32,000 bases of DNA from an uncultured archaeon. GTDB lineage: Archaea > Iainarchaeota > Iainarchaeia > Iainarchaeales > Iainarchaeaceae. The stretch's first letter is position 1, and each line of letters begins with the position of its first letter. The position numbers and the translations under genes are program-made. Of the stretch, positions 7,481 through 14,652 are shown one piece after another. The stretch covers positions 1-32,000 of the forward strand of contig CAZNZM010000005.1 in NCBI GenBank assembly GCA_964577555.1. The letters run 5' to 3'. The notes under the pieces were generated by a model. It ran no database searches. It saw only the letters and a list, made by a program, of their open reading frames with translations, and was not told where the DNA came from.

Positions 7481-9868
7481 TCAAAATAATTTGCTTTGTT
7501 TTCCACCATGTATTAAATCTTCCTTGTCATAATCCAATTCCCGCATTATTTTGAGAACCGCCTGCAATATTTGGTTGTTAATATAATAATCAGCATCATA
7601 ATCCCCTTCTTTTACATATTCTTCCATTTCTGCTTTTTCAGAAATGCTTTTACCGTTCTTTGTAATAATAAACCCTATCATGCTTCCCACATCAATTTTT
7701 TTACCATGCTCTTTTGCCTTTTTTGCAGCTGCAATGTGTGGTCCTATTAGTTCATATTTTGACGGATTTGCTTTTATTTGCTTGGTTATTACAAGTTCTT
7801 TTTTTGGCACTTTTCCTTCTTTCAGTTTTCTGATTGTTTCTTTTGTAATTGAAATAGCTTTTTCAGGATTACCCTCTTTAAGTATGGCTTCAATAACTGC
7901 TTTTTGCGTCTCTTTTGCAATAGGAGCCCAATCTCTTCTAACATATTCAAACCCTACGATTTTCAAATTCCCATTATTATCTATAAGTGCGTATTTTTTC
8001 TTTGCCGCGCCTCCGGATTCTTTTGTAACAAATATTCCGCGCTTGTAAAAACCTTCAATTTCCAATTCCATTGCTTCCGGCAATTCAGAATTTATTTTTT
8101 CAACAAAATCCTTGACGCTTTTTTCGTTTTTTTCTTTTGGAATTATCAAAAAGCAACTGTCAGTATCATTATACAATACTTTAAAACCGTTTTTTTCAGC
8201 TTCGTTGCTTACTTGTTGTATGTATTGTCTGCTCCAAGCCGTGACAGCTCTTGCGCATTCTCTTGAATACCATCTGCTTTGTGCATAACCCAAATAACCA
8301 TAATGGCTGTTAAGCAGGATTTTTAATGCGTGTTGCCTTGCATTAATTGTTTTGAATTCCAAAGAATTTTTGTCTAATGATTTGGCTTTTTTCTTTAATT
8401 CTATCCTGTCTTTCAATATTTCTTCAAGTATGCCTGGCAAAAAACCTTTTTGTTTTTCGCAGAACCAGTCTTTGTCAGGAGAAACATTTTTTCCATTCTT
8501 GCAACTTTCATGTTGGCATTTAAGTGTTTCAGGGCTGATGTTGTGTGAAATAATTATTGTAGGATGCAGTGACCTGAAATCAAGAACTGCAATGTTTTCA
8601 TGCAAGCCAGGAATTGGTGATTTTACAAAACCGCCTTCAAAAGTTTGCAACAATCTTTTGGATACTTCGGCTTCGCTAGGCTTGTTAGGAATAAGGCTTT
8701 TTTGTTCAAAACTCTTTATAATCAACAATTGTTCAACCATTTGCGAAGAAGACATTCTGCTTGTTTCAGAAAGAACCTGCCTGAGCATTCCGCATAATTG
8801 TATTTGCAAAGGAAGGAATTCCGTTGCCAATTTCAAGGTTACTTCACCATCTTCGCGATTATACTCTATTATTCGGCCAATTTCATTTTTGTCCCACAAT
8901 TCGTTTATTTTTTCAGGCTTTAATTTTTCTTTCGTCTTTCCAAACAATTTTTCCGAGACATTTTCAATGTCGAATTTTAATATGTTTATCGCGCCTATGC
9001 GAACCATGAATTTGAGCAACACGAATGCGTCAAGGTGTTGTGTTCCATTTATTTCTGATTTTTTGTACATTCCGCTTTTAACAATTTTTACTCCGCCAAA
9101 ACCGAAATCGCATTTTACCCCTAAATTTTCGCACCTGTCTTTTATATATGGAAGGTCAAAACTGTCGCCGTTATAAGTTACTAATATGTCTGGTTGCATT
9201 TCTCTTATATCTGCAAGCAATTTTTCTAAAAGTTCTTTTTCATTTGACAATACAAAAGCATTTTTTGAATTTGTTTCTTTGTAAGTATAAACTTTTGTGC
9301 AATCGCTAGTGGAAACACAAGCCATTAAAATAGGGTCTTTTTTTGGATCGGAAAACCTTCCGGGGGAGTAAGTTTCAATATCCAAAGCCACAATTCTTGA
9401 TTCGTGTTTTACTTCAGCATTGTTGATTTTTTTTATTTTTCCGCCAACATGTTTAATTTCAACTCCATGCATTGGTTTGAGCCCTTTATCAATAAGATAC
9501 CTGTTGGTAAATGGGATGTCATATTCCCTTTTGCCTGAAACTCCATTAATTTGCTCCAAAAATTCCCGTGCAATAGTTAAATCTTTTGTGTTCATGAAAG
9601 AAATCTTGATTGCGCCTTTTTCATTTTGCCTTTCCACTATCTCAGCGGAAATATTCTTTATTCCTTGCGAAAGACAATATTTTTCGATTTCTTTTGCAGC
9701 ATTATTCGGTTCTTTTGATATTGCATACAAATAAGGCTTGAATGAATCGTCTTCCAGTTTTTCAATTCCTTTTTCAGTACTTATATATAATTGTATTGTT
9801 GATTCTCCAGTATCCTTGTTTTCGTATGAACAGTCAAGCAAAATTCCATAAAGCTTATTATATGTCAT
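7481..9868 (-). CDS. polB: Family B DNA polymerase (archaeal replicative-type); ORF track extends to 9889 using a TTG, ATG at 9868 preferred
   Basis: Exo I ALDIETY, Exo II VTYNGDSFDLPYI, Exo III YNREDGEVTLKL, motif A DFRSLHPTIIISHNISPETL, motif B KILLNSHYGYLGYAQSRWYSRECARAVTAW, motif C VLYNDTDSCF. Confidence 0.96.
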   Translation of the reverse strand: MTYNKLYGILLDCSYENKDTGESTIQLYISTEKGIEKLEDDSFKPYLYAISKEPNNAAKEIEKYCLSQGIKNISAEIVERQNEKGAIKISFMNTKDLTIAREFLEQINGVSGKREYDIPFTNRYLIDKGLKPMHGVEIKHVGGKIKKINNAEVKHESRIVALDIETYSPGRFSDPKKDPILMACVSTSDCTKVYTYKETNSKNAFVLSNEKELLEKLLADIREMQPDILVTYNGDSFDLPYIKDRCENLGVKCDFGFGGVKIVKSGMYKKSEINGTQHLDAFVLLKFMVRIGAINILKFDIENVSEKLFGKTKEKLKPEKINELWDKNEIGRIIEYNREDGEVTLKLATEFLPLQIQLCGMLRQVLSETSRMSSSQMVEQLLIIKSFEQKSLIPNKPSEAEVSKRLLQTFEGGFVKSPIPGLHENIAVLDFRSLHPTIIISHNISPETLKCQHESCKNGKNVSPDKDWFCEKQKGFLPGILEEILKDRIELKKKAKSLDKNSLEFKTINARQHALKILLNSHYGYLGYAQSRWYSRECARAVTAWSRQYIQQVSNEAEKNGFKVLYNDTDSCFLIIPKEKNEKSVKDFVEKINSELPEAMELEIEGFYKRGIFVTKESGGAAKKKYALIDNNGNLKIVGFEYVRRDWAPIAKETQKAVIEAILKEGNPEKAISITKETIRKLKEGKVPKKELVITKQIKANPSKYELIGPHIAAAKKAKEHGKKIDVGSMIGFIITKNGKSISEKAEMEEYVKEGDYDADYYINNQILQAVLKIMRELDYDKEDLIHGGKQSKLF

Positions 9869-9893
9869 GTCTAATATTCTAATAACCAAATAG

Positions 9894-9900
9894 TTTTATA
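9894..9900. promoter_or_regulatory. Candidate shared TATA element between divergent polB and coiled-coil gene
   Basis: TTTTATA on + / TATAAAA on -, centred about 24 nt from the ATG at 9921 (+) and about 29 nt from the ATG at 9868 (-). Confidence 0.5.
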
Positions 9901-9920
9901 GGTAAGCTAAAAGTGGTTTT

Positions 9921-10406
9921 ATGCCTCCTCATCAAAGAATCCCTCAAGAATCCTTGCAAAATATTCCTGGGCAACAAAGGCCAATTATGAAGCCTCAGAA
10001 CATATTTACAAAAACAAGTGATGATATAAAGGCGTTGAATAGTAGCATACTAATAATTTCCCAAAAAATCAATGCACTGGCAAGGAATGAGAAAATACTT
10101 GGAAGAAACCATTTGATACTTAATAAGAAAGTTAAGGAACTTCAGGATAAATTGCAACAACCGCAATCAATGGATGTTGGTCCAATTCAGGCAGAGCTTG
10201 CTTCAATAAACCGGAAACTTTCAGAATTGCTTGAAAAAACATTCAAACTTGAATCAGAAATTGAAAACATAAAACAAAATTATGCAAAGCATGAAACAGT
10301 AGCGGAAATGAAATATGTTGTAGACTCAATTAATCCTTTGCAGTTCGCCACGATTGAACAAGTTAAAAAAATGATTGACGAAAGTTTGTCTAAAAAGAAA
10401 AATTGA
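9921..10406 (+). CDS. Hypothetical coiled-coil protein
   Basis: 161-aa ORF, Pro/Gln-rich N-terminus followed by heptad-like segments (LNKKVKELQDKL, IQAELASINRKLSELLEKTFKLESEIENIKQNY). Confidence 0.75.
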   Translation: MPPHQRIPQESLQNIPGQQRPIMKPQNIFTKTSDDIKALNSSILIISQKINALARNEKILGRNHLILNKKVKELQDKLQQPQSMDVGPIQAELASINRKLSELLEKTFKLESEIENIKQNYAKHETVAEMKYVVDSINPLQFATIEQVKKMIDESLSKKKN

Positions 10407-10415
10407 TTTTTTTTG

Positions 10416-11924
10416 TCAAATACTTCTTTTGCTTAAAGTTGGCCTGACTAAAACCCTGTATGCTTTGGCGTTTTTGAGTTGCACGCCGACATCATTGCCC
10501 GAAACAACGTTGATTTTTGCTTCTGTAATGCTTTTTATTGTGGGGTCAATTTCTATTTGTTGTTGCGACCCAAGCACAAAACCAATGCCTTTGTCATTCA
10601 TTTTTGAAAAAATGCTTGATATTTCTTCCGCAATTGTTTTTTTTCTTTCACTATCGTCTATGATAGTAGCTTTTGGCATAATAACCATTGCTCTCATTGC
10701 TTTTGATTCGCCTTTCAAGCTGAAATACTTGAATACGCTTTTTAAAACCGAATAAAAAATCAAAGTGTTTATCTTAGAATCCAAGTTTTGCATGTCAATA
10801 ATTGAAGCTCTTGCAATGTTTGAAGTTCCGGGTCTGGTCATTTCTTCTACATCGATGCTTCCCCCGAAAAAACCAGGATGCATTACTTCAATCAATTTTA
10901 TTATTCTGGCAGCTTTGTTTATTTCAAATTCCGTGAATTCTTCGTTAGATTTTATATTAGTGATTTTTTGAATGAATTCGTCTATTGAATTTACTTGGCC
11001 TGAACTTGCAGCCAGATTGCATATTCTTGCAAATTCTTTGTCCCCTATCCCAAAAATTCCAGAAATTGCCTCGTAATCAATAATGTTCAAATCAACCTTG
11101 ACAATTTCTTTTGGCTTTAAGAATCTGGTTGGAAATCCTATTGGGTCTATTTCAACTTCGTACTTTTTAAGCTCAGCAATATCTTTAGATGCTTCCCCGA
11201 GCCATGCAAACCTTCCAGAAAAGTCGAAAATTATTACAGGCACATTAGCCAACATAGAGCTTTCAGCCAAAACCTGCATGACCCTTTCCCTGTCTTTTTC
11301 TTCCCCATCTGTCACTATTGTGCTGGAAAAAAGCCCAAGAGGCTCAACAATTTTTTTCTTGTCTTTGGTAAGACCCAATATTACATCAGATTTTATCCTG
11401 CTTGAAAGAGACTGCATGGATGTTCCGGCTTCAACATGGGACGAAGTGGTTATTATTGGAATAAGCATTGGCTGTGTGAAAAAAGCCATTTTGATTTCTT
11501 CAGGACAATCAGAAATTTCTTTTAATGTCAACTCGTAGGCTTTTGAAATATCTTTAATCATTTCGCTTGAAGTATCAACCCTTTTCACCATTGAATCTAC
11601 TTCCTTTACAAATTCGTCTTCAACCCATCTTACATAAGTTGGTTTACTTCCAAGCATTAGAAATTTAAGATTCTTGTTTTCCTCATGCTTTAATATTACC
11701 AAAACCTCACGTGGCAATGTCTCGGTAAATGAATCGGTTTCTCCTTCAGCATAAAAAACTTTATACAATTCTATTATGGCTCCTTCGACTATGTCCAGCT
11801 TTTTTTCATAAATAAGAGCCATGACTATTTTTTTAGGATTTATATAAATTTCAACTTCATGTTCATGAAAGACTCCTGAAAATAGTTTTTCCCACGGACC
11901 TTCAGCAATTTTGAACAATTCCAT
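10416..11924 (-). CDS. HerA/FtsK-type ATPase-like protein with apparently degenerate Walker motifs
   Basis: 502 aa. Domain pattern IKSDVILGL...GLFSSTIVTDGEEKDRERVMQVLAESSMLANVPVIIFDFSGRF resembles the HerA N-terminal core (…GATGSGKS…VLVFDPHGE…) but the GxxGxGK[ST] loop is missing. AMVIMPKATII sits where a Walker B is expected, followed by SQQQ. Confidence 0.55.
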   Translation of the reverse strand: MELFKIAEGPWEKLFSGVFHEHEVEIYINPKKIVMALIYEKKLDIVEGAIIELYKVFYAEGETDSFTETLPREVLVILKHEENKNLKFLMLGSKPTYVRWVEDEFVKEVDSMVKRVDTSSEMIKDISKAYELTLKEISDCPEEIKMAFFTQPMLIPIITTSSHVEAGTSMQSLSSRIKSDVILGLTKDKKKIVEPLGLFSSTIVTDGEEKDRERVMQVLAESSMLANVPVIIFDFSGRFAWLGEASKDIAELKKYEVEIDPIGFPTRFLKPKEIVKVDLNIIDYEAISGIFGIGDKEFARICNLAASSGQVNSIDEFIQKITNIKSNEEFTEFEINKAARIIKLIEVMHPGFFGGSIDVEEMTRPGTSNIARASIIDMQNLDSKINTLIFYSVLKSVFKYFSLKGESKAMRAMVIMPKATIIDDSERKKTIAEEISSIFSKMNDKGIGFVLGSQQQIEIDPTIKSITEAKINVVSGNDVGVQLKNAKAYRVLVRPTLSKRSI

Positions 11925-11948
11925 GCACTGTAATTGAAACTAAATTAA

Positions 11949-11958
11949 TATATATAAA
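11949..11958 (-). promoter_or_regulatory. Candidate TATA element for the 10416-11924 gene
   Basis: Minus-strand TTTATATATA centred about 29 nt upstream of the ATG at 11924, consistent with leaderless transcription. Confidence 0.5.
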
Positions 11959-12004
11959 TTGTTGAAAAGCCTTTTGCGTTCAAAAATTGTTTGTTTTAAT
12001 TTTT

Positions 12005-12042
12005 AGTTGGTTTTTTGGTGAATATAGATTTTAAAACCAACT
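12005..12042. repeat. Perfect 10-bp inverted repeat AGTTGGTTTT-N18-AAAACCAACT
   Basis: Read directly: arms 12005-12014 and 12033-12042, in the divergent intergenic region between 11924 and 12182. Confidence 0.85.
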
Positions 12043-12181
12043 TTGTATTTTTACAACCATAAAAATCTATAAACAAATTATGCAATAATCCATTATTCTT
12101 TTTCATTTTTTACATGTTAAGCAATAGTTATATATTAATGAATAATTATATGATGATTAGTTTTGCAGGTTTGGCGATAAA

Positions 12182-12817
12182 ATGGTTTTAAATGAAGTTA
12201 TATTGGATACGGTAAAGCGAATGGTGTCTTCCGGCGTTGATGACGAAACAATAAGAATAACCCTTAAAAGCATAGAACTTTCAGATGCAGAAATTGATGA
12301 AATTATTGCAGAAGTTAGAGGCACTAAAGCAAAACCGGTTGTATCAAAAAATCAAAGCCCTTCAGAACAGGTTTCTTCAAAGCAATACGTTTCTGAAGAA
12401 AAAGAAGGTGACACTCAAGAAGATGAAGAAAATTTGCCTGAAGAGCCTGAAGAACCAATCATAGAAGGCGACAATGAAGTTACTGCTGAAGATGTTTCAG
12501 AAATAAGAAAGCAAATACATGCTTCTTCTGGGGAACAGATTGCAATGCATACTACAACCCATCAAATGCTTGACGAACATTATGGAAAGCTTTCAGAAGT
12601 TCATGATTCTATAAATGAATTGCATCAAAAAGTAGATTCTTCCCCACAAATTTCCCCGGAAACTGTTGCTAAAATAAGTGCTCTTGACTTGCGGATTTCA
12701 GGGCTGGAAAAGGAAATTTCTGAAGTCAAGGCTAATACCATTGCGCTCCAAGGTCTTCTTCAAAAAATTCTTGAAGCAAACAGGGAAATCATTTCAGAGT
12801 TGGAAAAGAAAAAATAA
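12182..12817 (+). CDS. Hypothetical protein: N-terminal helical (UBA-like?) domain, acidic linker, C-terminal coiled coil
   Basis: ILDTVKRMVSSGVDDETIRITLKSIELSDAEIDEIIAEVRG, then an E/D-rich linker (EEKEGDTQEDEENLPEEPEEPIIEGDNE), then LDLRISGLEKEISEVKANTIALQGLLQKILEAN. Confidence 0.8.
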   Translation: MVLNEVILDTVKRMVSSGVDDETIRITLKSIELSDAEIDEIIAEVRGTKAKPVVSKNQSPSEQVSSKQYVSEEKEGDTQEDEENLPEEPEEPIIEGDNEVTAEDVSEIRKQIHASSGEQIAMHTTTHQMLDEHYGKLSEVHDSINELHQKVDSSPQISPETVAKISALDLRISGLEKEISEVKANTIALQGLLQKILEANREIISELEKKK

Positions 12818-12885
12818 TGGCATTTTTTTTTGAATTTCATTATTTTATTTTGGTTTTCAATCAATTTGTTAGTAAAATTCAAAAA

Positions 12886-13278
12886 CTATTTTTTCATGAG
12901 TTTTCCTATTCCCTGCAAAAGATTGTCAGCCATTGAAGCAAAACTTTCAATTCCAAAAGAGCTTGATATTTTTTTATTTTGGATTTTGGCTTTTTCGCTT
13001 TTCCCTATTTCCTTGCCTATCATTTTAAAGTTTTCTTCAAAAAACTTTTTTCCAGAATTTGATTTGGTTTTAGCTTTACTTAAAAACTCCGCTTCTTTGT
13101 AAACACCTTTTTTAAGCTGGATGAACACCTCTTTAAGAATGGAAATTAATCCAGCAAAAAAAATTCCAAAAACGTCAAATAATGCCAAAAAAATTAAAAA
13201 AAAACCCAAAAGTACTTGTCCAGATTCTATTAACAATATTGAAATAACTAGTAATATTATGCTAAGCAAAATTTGCAT
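12886..13278 (-). CDS. Small membrane protein, N-terminal hydrophobic region plus basic cytoplasmic-type tail
   Basis: MQILLSIILLVISILLIESGQVLLGFFLIFLALFDVFGIFFAGLISILK followed by a Lys-rich tail. Directly adjacent to the next gene upstream (13279). Confidence 0.75.
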   Translation of the reverse strand: MQILLSIILLVISILLIESGQVLLGFFLIFLALFDVFGIFFAGLISILKEVFIQLKKGVYKEAEFLSKAKTKSNSGKKFFEENFKMIGKEIGKSEKAKIQNKKISSSFGIESFASMADNLLQGIGKLMKK

Positions 13279-13593
13279 TCAACCAGCCCCATACATTCCG
13301 CCAAACATGTCCCCCATGCCTATTTGTTGTTCAGGCTCTGGTTTTGCCCCCATTAAAATAGCTAGAATAACCAAACCAAATATTGCAGGAATCCAAAGAT
13401 CCGGTTCGCCGTTAATTGCTATAAAATAAATTACTGCAGTGCTTATGAGAAGCAGCAAGGTAGTGGAAAATTCTTTTGAAGTAATAATACTTATAATGAG
13501 TACTGCAAAAACAATCCAGTTTTGCCCGGATTGAACAGCAATGAACATGAACAAAATAGCCAACAAAAAATTAAAAGTATCCAAGATTCTCAC
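13279..13593 (-). CDS. Small multipass membrane protein
   Basis: 104 aa, three hydrophobic segments, Gly/Met-rich C-terminus GMGDMFGGMYGAG. Confidence 0.75.
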   Translation of the reverse strand: MRILDTFNFLLAILFMFIAVQSGQNWIVFAVLIISIITSKEFSTTLLLLISTAVIYFIAINGEPDLWIPAIFGLVILAILMGAKPEPEQQIGMGDMFGGMYGAG

Positions 13594-13610
13594 CTTTGAT
13601 GCTCATTGTA

Positions 13611-13871
13611 TTACCTCAATTGATCCCCACCAAAAGGATTGATCTGCGCCAAAAATTCCTTTCCAAGAGTTTGCAGTAAAAAAAGTATTACAAGCAGCCA
13701 CACAAGAAATTCATATTGAAAAAAAGTCAAATATATTACAATAGTAGCAAACATTGCTGAGATTGCCGGCGAGCCAATGTTTTCTTTAGCCCAACCAACT
13801 AGCCATATAAAAATAAAAAAGATTACGACAATTCTTATATTGTCGAACAAACTTGCAAGCAATGTTAGCAT
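13611..13871 (-). CDS. Small multipass membrane protein, member of local paralog set
   Basis: 86 aa; RIVVIFFIFIWLVGWAKENIGSPAISAMFATIVIYLTFFQYEFLVW aligns with the two genes upstream. Confidence 0.78.
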   Translation of the reverse strand: MLTLLASLFDNIRIVVIFFIFIWLVGWAKENIGSPAISAMFATIVIYLTFFQYEFLVWLLVILFLLQTLGKEFLAQINPFGGDQLR

Positions 13872-13925
13872 AAAATCACTTCACTGTTTACTATTTATGA
13901 TTGATTACTAATAAATTAATATCCT

Positions 13926-14243
13926 CTACCTTCTCATGGTAGTTCCTATTCCCCAAATAATGGTTGACAAAAATCCAAGTCCAAGCAAGGTTTGAAGTAT
14001 GTAAAGCGAGAGAAAAAGTTCAAAGTATTTGAAAACCATGAAATAAATAAGCACCGCAGAAACAACTATTACTAAAGGCCCAGAACCTAGGAAACCTCTT
14101 ACAGTAGTATATATCATAAAAATCATTATTATTTGCATTAAAATTTTGGCTTCCCAAAAAAGGCTTGTAATTACTACTGGAATCAAAGCCAGAATTATTA
14201 ACCCTAAAATTATCAATAAAAGTATGTTGCCCTTTTGATTCAT
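13926..14243 (-). CDS. Small multipass membrane protein, member of local paralog set (start corrected from 14414 to the internal ATG at 14243)
   Basis: MNQKGNILLLIILGLIILALIPVVITSLFWEAKILMQIIMIFMIYTTVRGFLGSGPLVIVVSAVLIYFMVFKYFELFLSLYILQTLLG. The ATG follows GAGGAGATGAT (Shine-Dalgarno-like) immediately after the stop of the upstream gene. Confidence 0.78.
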   Translation of the reverse strand: MNQKGNILLLIILGLIILALIPVVITSLFWEAKILMQIIMIFMIYTTVRGFLGSGPLVIVVSAVLIYFMVFKYFELFLSLYILQTLLGLGFLSTIIWGIGTTMRR

Positions 14244-14244
14244 A

Positions 14245-14652
14245 TCATCTCCTCGTAAACATTCTTTGTGCATGGCTCCGCGCAGCATGTTCAGCCATTC
14301 TTTTTTGTATGTCAACACCGCTCGAAACAGGCGACTCCATGTCTTCTTCCGGTGCTTTTGGGGGCCCTCCGGCGCTAATAAAGAAGAAATCCACGAGTAT
14401 GCCGCTAACCCCAAACATCAAAAGCATGTATAAAATGTAAATTGGCCCAAAAATCGCCCAACCATCCAAAAATATGAAAAATGTCAAAGCCGCAATAAGC
14501 ACCCAAGACATAGTCCCGCTTCCAATGTGGTTTCTTACCCAACTTACCAGCATAAGAAAAGCAAATATTTTGACTATCAAATTAAGGTCGTTAAACAACT
14601 CAAAAACGGAATCAATGAAAAGCATTGTATCAACTAACCCAAACCAATACAT
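14245..14652 (-). CDS. Small multipass membrane protein, member of local paralog set; start at 14652 overlaps the giant gene end, alternative ATG at 14625
   Basis: 135 aa; IVKIFAFLMLVSWVRNHIGSGTMSWVLIAALTFFIFLDGWAIFGPIYILYMLLMFG plus a Pro/basic C-terminal tail. Confidence 0.78.
   Translation of the reverse strand: MYWFGLVDTMLFIDSVFELFNDLNLIVKIFAFLMLVSWVRNHIGSGTMSWVLIAALTFFIFLDGWAIFGPIYILYMLLMFGVSGILVDFFFISAGGPPKAPEEDMESPVSSGVDIQKRMAEHAARSHAQRMFTRR

Noticed and set aside
7644-9734. + strand ORFs up to 274 aa within polB
   Set aside because: Antisense shadows of a strongly supported polymerase reading frame.
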